Positions 8,996 through 18,385 of a stretch of DNA of 36,254 nucleotides are shown in pieces. Position 1 is the first letter of the stretch, and every line of letters begins with the position of its first letter. A program made the position numbers and the translations under genes. The stretch is taken from the sequence record SRR31156797_5121; one strand, given 5' to 3'. The notes under the pieces were generated by a model that saw nothing but the letters and a program-made list of their open reading frames with translations, was not told the origin of the DNA and did no database searches.

Positions 8996-10243
8996 CTACG
9001 GGTGTCGATTGCCTGGCCGGGTGGCAACAAGATGGACAACACTTATGGAACGCTCCATAAAACCACCCTGACAGTAGCACAAGTAAAAATCCCATAACCG
9101 CTTGAATGCCTCGTCATATCCTCTTTCTTGCAAAACTGAAAAAGCCTGGTGAAAACGAGTGCGCCAATCTTGTATTGTTCTGGCGTAATCAAAACCAAAA
9201 TCTTCAATGTGTCGCACAACCATATCAGTCTTTTCCGCAATCAAATGTGCCATCCTACTGTTTGATGGCAGGCAACCTCCAGGGAAAATATATCGCTGTA
9301 TAAAATCAACAGTTCCGACATACTGTTTATACTTCTGATCAGTAATGGTTATCGCCTGGAGCAACATCTTTCCCTCTGGTTTGAGCAGATCACCGCATTT
9401 TTGAAAAAAACTTGGTAAAAACCTATGCCCTACAGCCTCTATCATCTCGATACTCACCAGCTTGTCAAACTTTCCGGTGAGATCTCTGTAGTCATTTTGG
9501 AGCAGCGTTATCTTGTCACTCAGTCCGGCAGCGGCAACTCTGCTTGTTGCTAGCTCATATTGTGCATCAGAAATGGTCGTTGTCGTCACATGACAACCAT
9601 ACTTTGCTGCAGCATAGAGTGCGAATCCCCCCCACCCTGTTCCAATCTCAATAACAGAATCTGTCGGTTGTAGATCAAGCTTTCTACAGATAAGTTCGAG
9701 TTTATTCTGTTGGGCCTCTTCCAAGGTCGTATTCTGGCTCGGATATATGGCAGATGAGTACATCATCGTTGGATCGAGAAAAGCCCCATACAGGTCATTG
9801 CCCAGATCATAATGGGCAAGAATGTTGCGTTTCGCCCCATGTTTATTGTTGGTATTGAAAAAATGTTTGGCAAGATCAAGGGGCCTGAGTATCCAGGCTA
9901 GTCCCTTTTCCATCCGGTCAAGCAGCGACATATTTAGCACCATTATCCGTACCAGTGCAGTCAAATCATCAACATCCCAAAGTTTTTCAACGTACGCCTC
10001 GCCAGCACCAATTGAGCCACCAAAAAGAACTTTTTTATACGCAGCGGTATTGTGGACAGTTACATGGGCACAGGGCAGACTGCCTTCACCAAAGCGCGAC
10101 TGTTGTTCACCTTCTTGAATAACAAGTTGCCCAAACTTAATCCCTGAAAGTAATCTCATAAGCAGCAATCGCGACCAACGTGCGCTCAGTGTATTCTTTG
10201 CCCCTGTTGACTCGCAATTTGATATAGTGGTCAAGCTGTTCAT
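8996..10243 (-). CDS. cfa: SAM-dependent fatty-acyl methyltransferase, cyclopropane-fatty-acyl-phospholipid synthase family (UfaM-like possible)
   Basis: HYDLGNDLY, DPTMMYSSA, EIGTGWGG, SIEMIEAVG, FIQRYIFPGG. Confidence 0.92.
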   Translation of the reverse strand: MNSLTTISNCESTGAKNTLSARWSRLLLMRLLSGIKFGQLVIQEGEQQSRFGEGSLPCAHVTVHNTAAYKKVLFGGSIGAGEAYVEKLWDVDDLTALVRIMVLNMSLLDRMEKGLAWILRPLDLAKHFFNTNNKHGAKRNILAHYDLGNDLYGAFLDPTMMYSSAIYPSQNTTLEEAQQNKLELICRKLDLQPTDSVIEIGTGWGGFALYAAAKYGCHVTTTTISDAQYELATSRVAAAGLSDKITLLQNDYRDLTGKFDKLVSIEMIEAVGHRFLPSFFQKCGDLLKPEGKMLLQAITITDQKYKQYVGTVDFIQRYIFPGGCLPSNSRMAHLIAEKTDMVVRHIEDFGFDYARTIQDWRTRFHQAFSVLQERGYDEAFKRLWDFYLCYCQGGFMERSISVVHLVATRPGNRHP

Positions 10244-10977
10244 ACCGTCTCCTTTTCGTAAGCAACGTAGGGAACACCTTTTATATATAGCTTCAGTGCT
10301 TGCCAGTAGATTCTCGCTACCATGTATATGGTCATTACTGGTTTTTTGAGCAGTTCTCTTCTCACCGATTCCAATGTCAGTGGTCGCCTGTGCAGATTAA
10401 GCTGCGCAGTAAAAATATGGCCGCGATCATCATCGACCTGTATTTGAACAAAAATTGTCTCCGCCGGGTCCTTAATCTTCCATAAATAGTGCTGATCAAG
10501 CGGGTTGAATGGAGAGACGTGAAATTGTTTCGGATTCTCAGGCGCCAATTGATCGTCCTCAACATAGTGCGCATACTGATGCCGCTCATTCCATGGAATA
10601 TTGGAAACTTCTGCCATAAAATGACTGAGATCACCCTGCCCATTATACCCGTAATAAAAGTTTACCGGGCTGAAGTACAGGCCCAGGGTACGCATATTGA
10701 GCAGACCATAGACCTCGCCTTCAACCGGATAGCCAGTGAGTTCCTCCATTCTTATTTTGATGGCATCGGCTAGGGGCAGAGTCGGGTCTCCATAATAGTC
10801 TGGCCGGTGATATCGGCTCAGCGCCCTTTTAGAGAGAGAAAACCATCGCCCCAACTCGGGGAGTTGGTCGAGTTCGTCAAGGTTAAGGAACCACATAAAA
10901 AAAGGATATTGGAACCTATGCTTTCGTGGTATCTGCCGGCTATGGCCGATCTTACCTACATAGAGTGACGACTTCAT
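10240..10977 (-). CDS. DUF1365 protein (UfaO-like)
   Basis: LYVGKIGHSR..P.KHRFQY, FSPVNFYY, AEVSNIPWNERH, KQFHVSPF, IYWQALKL. Confidence 0.88.
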   Translation of the reverse strand: MKSSLYVGKIGHSRQIPRKHRFQYPFFMWFLNLDELDQLPELGRWFSLSKRALSRYHRPDYYGDPTLPLADAIKIRMEELTGYPVEGEVYGLLNMRTLGLYFSPVNFYYGYNGQGDLSHFMAEVSNIPWNERHQYAHYVEDDQLAPENPKQFHVSPFNPLDQHYLWKIKDPAETIFVQIQVDDDRGHIFTAQLNLHRRPLTLESVRRELLKKPVMTIYMVARIYWQALKLYIKGVPYVAYEKETV

Positions 10978-12215
10978 ACACTTCCCTCCAGTGCAGCGCT
11001 TACCCGAAGACCGCTTCTCACTCCGTCTTCATGGAACCCATTGAACCAATAAGCCCCACAGAAATGGCTCCTGTTCTTTCCTGAAATAGTCGTCCATCGC
11101 TGTTGTGCTGCAATTGCTCGCGGCGTATACACAGGATGATAATAGGTAAAACTACGGAGAACATGTTCCTCTGGAATATCCTGGTTAAGGGTCACCAAAT
11201 AGGTATGCTGCTTCTTTAACCGCTGTAGGATATTCATGTTATAAGTGAGTGTCGTCTGTTCTTCGGCACCCGAAACCATGTTATAATTCCAACTGGCCCA
11301 GCCCAATTTCCTTTTTGGCAGAAAAGAGGTATCTGTGTGGAGAACCACCCTGTTCTCTGATGTCGAAAATTGCTGCAAAACAGACTTCTCTTCAGAGGTT
11401 GGCTTGGCAAGCAGTGACAAAGCCTGGTTACCATGACAGGCAAACACGACATGATCAAAGGTACTTGTGTCCTCTTCGGTAATGACTCTAACCACATTAT
11501 CTTCCCGCTCCACGCGTACCACAGGAGTATTGAGCCGAATACTCTCTTTGTAGGAGGCTGTCAGCGGTTCGATATAGCTGCTTGAGCCACCTTGTATGGT
11601 ATACCACTGCGGTCTGTTCACAATATTGAGCAGACCATGGTTGTCACAAAAGCGAACAAAAAACTGCAGGGGGAAATCCATGCAGCTTTCCAGGCCCATG
11701 GACCAAATTGCCGATACCATTGGCAACAGGTAATTCTCTTCAAAGAGCGTAGAATATTTTTTGTCAGCCAAAAAGTTACCGATAGTCTGGTGCTGATTCT
11801 CCCTTGCAGCATTTTTCACCTCTTTATTAAACCGAACAATGTCTGCTACCATTGCCAAAAAACGAGGACGAACCAAGTTTCTGCGTTGCGCAAAGAGGCT
11901 ATTGAGGTTGTTACCGTTATATTCTAAGTCTATGAGGTCATTTCTTACTGAAAAACTCATTTCTGTGGGCTGTGAAGCAACACCAAGACTCTCCATAAGT
12001 TCAATGAAGTGCGGGTAAGTCCGATCGTTAAAAACGATAAACCCAGTGTCAACGTGAGACACCTCCCCCTCTTTTTCCACCTGTACGGTATGGGTGTGCC
12101 CCCCGATATAATCTGCGGCTTCGTACATCGTAATATCGTGGTAAGGAGCCAGGCCATGGGCACAGGAAAGCCCAGAAATTCCGGACCCGATAATTGCAAT
12201 CTTAAAACGACTCAT
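10974..12215 (-). CDS. FAD-dependent oxidoreductase, amine-oxidase family (UfaD-like)
   Basis: GSGISG, GGHTHT, DTGFIVFNDRTYP, WASWNY, CGAYWFNGFHEDG; ATGA overlaps on both sides. Confidence 0.88.
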   Translation of the reverse strand: MSRFKIAIIGSGISGLSCAHGLAPYHDITMYEAADYIGGHTHTVQVEKEGEVSHVDTGFIVFNDRTYPHFIELMESLGVASQPTEMSFSVRNDLIDLEYNGNNLNSLFAQRRNLVRPRFLAMVADIVRFNKEVKNAARENQHQTIGNFLADKKYSTLFEENYLLPMVSAIWSMGLESCMDFPLQFFVRFCDNHGLLNIVNRPQWYTIQGGSSSYIEPLTASYKESIRLNTPVVRVEREDNVVRVITEEDTSTFDHVVFACHGNQALSLLAKPTSEEKSVLQQFSTSENRVVLHTDTSFLPKRKLGWASWNYNMVSGAEEQTTLTYNMNILQRLKKQHTYLVTLNQDIPEEHVLRSFTYYHPVYTPRAIAAQQRWTTISGKNRSHFCGAYWFNGFHEDGVRSGLRVSAALEGSV

Positions 12216-12931
12216 TTTCTCACCATTTGCCGACCGATTATGGTCCATATTGGACCAGGGAGGAGGGAGAGGAGCTTCAGAATACTGGTAAACCGCTTTG
12301 GGAAATGGATTTCCGCTTTCTTTTTCATCAATCCTTTCCGTATATAATCGCTTGCCTGTTGAACACTTACCCGAAACGGCATGGGAAAGTCGTTGAGATC
12401 AGTAAGAGGAGTTTTGACAAATCCGGGACAGACAAGGCTGACAGCAATTTTCTCTGGATGCAAATCTATCCTTAGGGTCTCCACCATATAAGCAATTGCG
12501 GCCTTGGAGGCACCATATGCTTCGGCGCGGGGCAGTGGCAAGTAGGCGGCAGAACTGCCCACAACAGCCAAATGAGCGTGCTCACTCTTGCGAAGCAGAG
12601 GTAAAACCGCCTCTATGGAAATGGCTGTAGACTCCACATTGGCTCGCATCACCCGTTGCACCAGAGCACTGTCAAAATCAGGTAAGTCGATATACTCACA
12701 GGTACCTGCGTTGAGGATGGCGAGGTCAACTGATTTCAATCCAGAAAACCATGCAAGAGCTGCATCCCTGTCGGTGAGATCCAACTGCCCAATAGACAGT
12801 CCGCAAGCAGCAAGTTCATCCAATGCCTGCTGATTCCTTCCCAAAGCCCACACCTCATGACCTTGCGAATGGTAATCCATAGCCAACTGCCGACCTATGC
12901 CTGAAGTTGCTCCGGTGATTACTATTTTCAT
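12212..12931 (-). CDS. SDR family oxidoreductase
   Basis: TGATSGIG, LNAG, YGASK, PGFVKTPLT. Confidence 0.92.
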   Translation of the reverse strand: MKIVITGATSGIGRQLAMDYHSQGHEVWALGRNQQALDELAACGLSIGQLDLTDRDAALAWFSGLKSVDLAILNAGTCEYIDLPDFDSALVQRVMRANVESTAISIEAVLPLLRKSEHAHLAVVGSSAAYLPLPRAEAYGASKAAIAYMVETLRIDLHPEKIAVSLVCPGFVKTPLTDLNDFPMPFRVSVQQASDYIRKGLMKKKAEIHFPKRFTSILKLLSLLPGPIWTIIGRQMVRK

Positions 12932-13344
12932 TTTCCAAGTCCTTTTTTAATGGATCTCACAAAACGGCCCATAAGGGGAATATGCTCATACAGCATAGCC
13001 CCAAGATCAAAGTAATCTTGATGAAAGTATACCTTGCCTTGCTGATCAAATTCCAAATAGGTGACCCCTACCACAGTTATGGGATGGCCATCGGCAAGCC
13101 GCCGGTGGCTAAAAGTCATTTCCCAGCGCACATACCCTTTATTGTTGACCAACTGTGGTTCTAAAAATAAAAATTGTATCGAATCGATGTTTGTATACAG
13201 CGCAGAAAAATACGCGGTGAGATTATCAATGCCACTCACCCGGTGGGCAGGATCGATAAATTGAACGTCTTGGGTGTAGACGGTCTTAAGGGTCTGCAAA
13301 TTATCTGCATTGAGATTCTGGTACATTCGAAGAAACTTTTCCAT
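12928..13344 (-). CDS. NTF2/SnoaL-like protein
   Basis: Y..DV.FIDP, W.MTFSH, HQDYFD, YEHIP. Confidence 0.85.
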   Translation of the reverse strand: MEKFLRMYQNLNADNLQTLKTVYTQDVQFIDPAHRVSGIDNLTAYFSALYTNIDSIQFLFLEPQLVNNKGYVRWEMTFSHRRLADGHPITVVGVTYLEFDQQGKVYFHQDYFDLGAMLYEHIPLMGRFVRSIKKGLGK

Positions 13345-13389
13345 ATGTCCTGATTCCTTTGCCTCTATGAGATATTGTCTGGGGAGGAA

Positions 13390-13935
13390 CTACTTGTTCA
13401 CCTGTCCTGCCAGCAGATCATCTCGAAGGTCTTCATCAAGTGGATTTACGCTTCCAAGCCATATACTAAAATATATCTCTGCAAAAGCAGCTGAGTCTAT
13501 GGAAACCAGGTTGTCTCCGTTATAAGAAAGGGTTGTTACCCTGTTTGTGCTACTGTAGCATAGAGTGTAGGTGTCACCATCCTCCACATCCAAATAGGCG
13601 TGATGGAGGGTCGCAACACCACCCTCTACCTGCGCCAGCTGTTTTTCTGAAAACTGCCGATTAAGAATAGTGTTTGCTGCTTCTACAAAATCATCTTTCT
13701 CAATATCCACGCTATACTGAATATGTAAACACTTGGATAAATCACTACTAAGAATGTTCTGTGATTCTGTAAGCCCGGAACCATAAAGGGAAATATCATA
13801 CACTTTGATGAACCCCAGGTAGTACGCCTCCCCCTGCCCGAGCCTTTGCAAGTCACCCATTCCAGGTATTCCATATACCGAACTGGACAGCAACAAAAGA
13901 AGTCCTAATATTAAAAAATTACGCTTTAAAAACAT
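13390..13935 (-). CDS. Chalcone-isomerase-like exported protein
   Basis: Signal peptide; G.GEAYYLGFIKVYDISLY, DVEDGD, FAEIYFSIWLG, LRDDLL. Confidence 0.75.
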   Translation of the reverse strand: MFLKRNFLILGLLLLLSSSVYGIPGMGDLQRLGQGEAYYLGFIKVYDISLYGSGLTESQNILSSDLSKCLHIQYSVDIEKDDFVEAANTILNRQFSEKQLAQVEGGVATLHHAYLDVEDGDTYTLCYSSTNRVTTLSYNGDNLVSIDSAAFAEIYFSIWLGSVNPLDEDLRDDLLAGQVNK

Positions 13936-13957
13936 GATAGTACCCTATCGGTTATGT

Positions 13958-14488
13958 TTATTTCCTAAATACGATTGTTATTTCCCCAACCTTAAATCCA
14001 AATTTAGACATGGTCGCTTTGTTGATAAGCATGTCCTCACTTACCTGGAACATCCAATCGTCAAATTTTATTTTCCAGCTTTTCCCCTCTACTTTCAGAT
14101 TTAACTGGTACTGCCAATTGAGTACATTACCGTAGAGTATACCGTCAGCATGGTCGATGACATCTTCAGCGGTCCCGGTAAAACTATGCAGGTTCTTTTG
14201 ACTCAGAATCCAGGTTCTGGTCGACTGCTCACTATCACTCCAGTCAAATTTTTCCTCTAAAACAAGTTGGCCGTTTTCCATCACTTCACCCGTTATCTGA
14301 ACGATAAAATGTCGAATAAGGGTACCTTTTCTATCCTGAACGATTCCCCATCCTGTAGTGCTTCCTGAAAAATACCTAAACAGATCAAGCTTAGGTTCAT
14401 TGGAACTATAGCTTTTCATATCAACTGCAGAACAACCTGTTATCAAGGTCATTATCCATAGAACTAATAGAAGTTGAGATATTCTCAT
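13958..14488 (-). CDS. DUF3833 lipoprotein
   Basis: Lipobox ITGC; LDLFRYFSG, GIVQDR, FDDWMF, NKATMSKFGFKVGE; GGAG RBS. Confidence 0.85.
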   Translation of the reverse strand: MRISQLLLVLWIMTLITGCSAVDMKSYSSNEPKLDLFRYFSGSTTGWGIVQDRKGTLIRHFIVQITGEVMENGQLVLEEKFDWSDSEQSTRTWILSQKNLHSFTGTAEDVIDHADGILYGNVLNWQYQLNLKVEGKSWKIKFDDWMFQVSEDMLINKATMSKFGFKVGEITIVFRK

Positions 14489-14584
14489 GGGTCTTCTCCC
14501 TGCGTTTGGTTCTCAGTCTATTTGATATGTATAAACATTAAGGAGGCTGCCATAACTATCAATAGATATAAAACACCACCTTTT

Positions 14585-14602
14585 TGATAGTGAACACTAT
14601 CA
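14585..14602. promoter_or_regulatory. Palindrome upstream of the lipid-modification operon; candidate operator
   Basis: TGATAGTG-AA-CACTATCA, ~97 bp upstream of the first gene. Confidence 0.35.
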
Positions 14603-14835
14603 CTGCAACTGCTAAGCAATTTCTGGCATGGGCACTGTGCCAATCTCTAGGATACCTAAAAAGACATTTAATGCTGGTCATCTCAGACTCTTTTCGAGAA
14701 AAGGTATTCTAGTTTTAGAAATCAAGATCTGGTCGTTCAATGGGTCGCTTGAGAGACAAATTTGACCCAACAAATGCTGAGAATCCTGCAAAGTGAGAAA
14801 GGAGCTTCGGGAGTTTGAATAAACTTTAGTGCTGG

Positions 14836-14872
14836 AAAAAAAAAGCCCTGCATCCGAGGATACAAGGCTTTT
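14836..14872 (-). terminator. Rho-independent terminator
   Basis: Minus strand AAAAGCCTTGTATCC-TC-GGATGCAGGGC-TTTTTTTTT downstream of 14906..15112. Confidence 0.75.
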
Positions 14873-14905
14873 GTGATATCTAAAAAAGTATTATTTAAGC
14901 GGTAC

Positions 14906-15112
14906 TTACCATCGCTCGGTTCCTACCAACTGGCTGACGTCCATACATTTGGACTTTTCTTCTTCGGTAAGATCCTCTTTGGCTTTAATGTTTTTGACGT
15001 CTTTTACGTAACAGGCGTATTCTTTGCCGTCTTTATCTCTGATCCACACCATTGATTCATACCCGCCGCCTTCGCTTGACATCGCTTGATATTCGTTAGT
15101 TTCGTCAGTCAT
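14906..15112 (-). CDS. Small hypothetical protein (68 aa)
   Basis: AAGGAG RBS 8 nt before the ATG and its own terminator. Confidence 0.75.
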   Translation of the reverse strand: MTDETNEYQAMSSEGGGYESMVWIRDKDGKEYACYVKDVKNIKAKEDLTEEEKSKCMDVSQLVGTERW

Positions 15113-15218
15113 GGTATTCACTCCTTGGTTGAGTTAGAAATGATACTTCCTACACGAGTAACAATATAAAATTATTAAGTTTAAAGTCAACCGCTGTGTC
15201 GTCTTTTATGTACAGATA

Positions 15219-15570
15219 TTATTTAAAAGTCGCCTGAAGCCCTTCTATGGCCATCTCTTTTTCCTTGGTCTCTATGTCCAACGTGATTGTCTTACTCTGC
15301 CAGCATTGCGGAAAATCATCTGGATCAATCATTTGTGCATAAAGGCAGAAGATCTTTTGGGTATACGTCCGATCATCATTTTCTAAAGTCAGTCGGAAAC
15401 GTAATGAATCCGGCAATCCTTTTATGTTTTCCTGCAACCGTGCAAGGTCAGTAGTTTTTTCGCCATATCCACCGCCTCCGGGAATGTTAATCACACCAGC
15501 ACCTATTATATCGGCCATCTCGACATGATAGAGCAGTTCAACAGCAAAACGACAGCAAAAACTAAGCCCT
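15219..15570 (-). pseudogene. uvsE: UV-damage endonuclease remnant with internal deletions
   Basis: LSFCCRFAVE joined to LLYHVEMADIIGAGVINIPGGGGYGEK, RLTLENDDRTYT, then DPDDFPQCW...LDIETKEKEMAI; ~350 bp versus ~900 bp expected. Confidence 0.75.
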
Positions 15571-15985
15571 GCGACCTTTGTTCAAAATAATTGTTTAAAA
15601 CTACCTATGGTGTCATTCTTTTTGATACAGTGCCTCACCAGGAAAATTATTCGAACCTGCTTTTTTTCCTAATGGGTAGAGAGGATGGACCACAATCCCT
15701 TCATCTACTCGGCCGCTACTTACATTTTTGTAAATGCTATGATTGTATAACAATGGGGGTTGAGCGGAATGGAGCGAGGTTAGAAAAAGAGTGTCATGGG
15801 AGGTTCAATGTAGCGCGTATATTGAGTCCGCAGGTTGATGATATAGCTAACCCATATAGTATTTAGGTTGTAAATTGCCCGGAAGCTGGCGGAAAATAAT
15901 AAAAGTATACATTTGATAATCTGTGCTATTTGCTAATAGCTACAAGCAATAGATTCATCACTGCATCCCTTCTGCAGAGAAAACT

Positions 15986-16564
15986 TCATTTGTCGATAGT
16001 TCGGCGCTCAGGCACTTGCTGTTGCGGTATTTTTTGGGTATTCCATTCTTTAGAGACATAGAGCGCACAATAACAAGCGCCATACTCGTCAATGTCTGCC
16101 TGACGGTATGCACATGGACAGATGATGTCCCGATCCGCATCTCTGTTGCCTGATGCCAACCTGCAAGGGCAAGACATGTATCCATAGCGATCTTTGTTGG
16201 TCAAAAGCCCCCGAAGGAGGTCAAAGGTACGCTCTCTATCCTGATTAAAATAATACCCTTTGGGTTCGTTGATCTTTTGCAGTTGATCGCAGAGTCGATC
16301 AACCTCTGTACGAACTCCAATAGTCTCTTTGATTTCCTGAATTTTGTACCCGGTAATAACGGTTTCTCCGATCTGGATGGTGGGGAAAGAGCATTGAGGG
16401 TTAATCAACCGTAACTCGTCGAGCAGGTTTTGCTGAGCCTCATCCTCAAGCAGGTCTGCATCAACAAATTCATGTGCAACCTCTAGGGAAGTCAGCATTT
16501 TTTTTATAGCTGCACAATAGCTGCATGTTGTCAGGCTATAGAGTTTAATGTTCTTTTCCTGCAT
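15986..16564 (-). CDS. Glutaredoxin fused to a ferredoxin-thioredoxin reductase catalytic domain
   Basis: N-terminal CSYC...SFPT...ITGY; C-terminal GYMSCPCR, ICPC, GACYCALY. Confidence 0.85.
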   Translation of the reverse strand: MQEKNIKLYSLTTCSYCAAIKKMLTSLEVAHEFVDADLLEDEAQQNLLDELRLINPQCSFPTIQIGETVITGYKIQEIKETIGVRTEVDRLCDQLQKINEPKGYYFNQDRERTFDLLRGLLTNKDRYGYMSCPCRLASGNRDADRDIICPCAYRQADIDEYGACYCALYVSKEWNTQKIPQQQVPERRTIDK

Positions 16565-16621
16565 AATTATGCCTCAGCTGTGATGGTTACATGATGCAAG
16601 GTTGTGCTGTCCAGGATACGG

Positions 16622-17560
16622 CTAAAAGCGTTTATTAAAAGTTAGACCAAGAAACATGCCGGTTTCATAAGATTCCTCTTTAATGGTTTGCCCATCTTCA
16701 TCTTCCAATTTCAGCTCACCCCCCAATTCCAATCCACCAACAAGGCTAATATTTGCTTTTGGGGCGATGTTATACGTACCGGTTACAAAGACAGGGAATG
16801 AAGAATCTTCACCAACACCATCGGCAACCCTGCCATCTTTATCCAGTCGAAAACGCAACTTCTCGTACCGGCCCCCTACGCCGAACTTCCATGAGCTATT
16901 CGGCTGGTAATTGAGTGTCAAGCCTGGCCCCAGTGTTGCACCAAGTCCCCGACCGGTATTGAGACTCCACTTATCATTAATTTTCCAATCAATAATGAGA
17001 ATAGGGATAACAGTTGCTGAATCTTCCAGTTGTGAAATCACCCCTATTCCTGGTCCAATGGTAAGGCTGTCATTAAAACGATAGGAAAATCCACCTAAGA
17101 CTCCCCCAGTCAATGTATCACTAAAATCAGCTCCACTTTCACCGGTGGAACGTATGGACGGTATCACAAAGGCCGTCCAATTATTGTCTATTCCTTTGCG
17201 CATGGGGACACCAAAAGATATCGTATGGATATCTTCCCACGGGTTCAACGAGCCGAAGCCAGCATCACCGGAAAAATCATAACCGTCATAGCTATAGCCA
17301 ATCGAAAACGAAACGTTGCTCTGACTATCCCAACTGTATCCTGCTCCACCCTGGACAGTAAATCGAGTAGCGTTATAGCTTCCATCTTCATCTAGATCGG
17401 TATCAAACTGGTAGACGGCACCACCGCGCAAGAATGATGACCAGCTACTCGGACTGCCTGCATATGGTGGTTTTAAGTCTTGTTCCTGTCCAAAAAGAAT
17501 GGTTGGGATACCAACTCCTATGAGCACTAGAAAACTCCTCAGAAACAATGCATGACTCAT
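16622..17560 (-). CDS. Outer-membrane beta-barrel protein (DUF6268-like)
   Basis: Signal peptide, alternating beta-strand pattern, terminal Phe; GAGG RBS. Confidence 0.65.
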   Translation of the reverse strand: MSHALFLRSFLVLIGVGIPTILFGQEQDLKPPYAGSPSSWSSFLRGGAVYQFDTDLDEDGSYNATRFTVQGGAGYSWDSQSNVSFSIGYSYDGYDFSGDAGFGSLNPWEDIHTISFGVPMRKGIDNNWTAFVIPSIRSTGESGADFSDTLTGGVLGGFSYRFNDSLTIGPGIGVISQLEDSATVIPILIIDWKINDKWSLNTGRGLGATLGPGLTLNYQPNSSWKFGVGGRYEKLRFRLDKDGRVADGVGEDSSFPVFVTGTYNIAPKANISLVGGLELGGELKLEDEDGQTIKEESYETGMFLGLTFNKRF

Positions 17561-17967
17561 TTACGACCTCATTTTTTCTGGTATTGGTATGACAAGCCAC
17601 ACTCAATATAAACAAAAGCAGGCAACGTGTTATATTAACAGTTTTATTTATGGAGAATATCTAGCTCAAATTTATATATAATGCACCAATATACATATAA
17701 ATTTTATCTTTCACATGCTTAGCCTGGTAAGCCTTATAAATAGCTGAAAACAAATATTTAGATGACGTGATAAAAAATAACGATGAGGAATACATATCAC
17801 AACAAGACATTGAACGCTTTGGGCTCGTCCAAAATTATGATGCAACTGCATTAATAATGCGTAAATTGGTCAATGGAAGGAGATAAATAGTACCTAAAAT
17901 ACCCCAAAATCAGTTTCATTAGTCGGGTTGAACTGTTTGGTGTGAAGGTATGCTTTGGAGAATACAG

Positions 17968-18372
17968 ATGGGGAAGCCAGATCAACCAATTATTATTTTT
18001 GACGGTGTATGCAATCTTTGTGAGTATTCTGTACAATTTATTATCAAAAATGACCGACACGCAAGATTTAAATTTGTATTTGCCCAATCGGAAAGAGGAA
18101 AGAATTTACAGCGCCAGTATGGTGTCGATACTCTGCAAGATGGCACAGTCATTCTCCTCAAAAATGACCAAGTGTATGTTAAGAGTGATGCTGCTGTGAA
18201 AATAGCGAAGGAACTCGACGGCCCTTGGCGTTTTTTGCATGTATTTTCATTCATCCCAAAGCCACTCAGAGATTCCATGTATTCGATAATTTCAAGAAAC
18301 CGGTATCGGTGGTTTGGTAAAAAGAACGAGTGTCTCATTCCCGATAATCATATAAAGGAAAGATTCTTATAG
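17968..18372 (+). CDS. DCC1-like thiol-disulfide oxidoreductase (DUF393)
   Basis: IIFDGVCNLC, KSDAA, RDSMYSIISRNRYRWFGK..C; GGAG RBS. Confidence 0.9.
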   Translation: MGKPDQPIIIFDGVCNLCEYSVQFIIKNDRHARFKFVFAQSERGKNLQRQYGVDTLQDGTVILLKNDQVYVKSDAAVKIAKELDGPWRFLHVFSFIPKPLRDSMYSIISRNRYRWFGKKNECLIPDNHIKERFL

Positions 18373-18385
18373 TTTTTACATTATT

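Noticed and set aside
15591-15866. 91-aa plus-strand ORF
   Set aside because: TTG start, no RBS, no recognisable motif
17740-17886. Short open plus-strand frame (…LDDVIKNNDEEYISQQDIERFG…)
   Set aside because: No convincing start or family; cannot be supported
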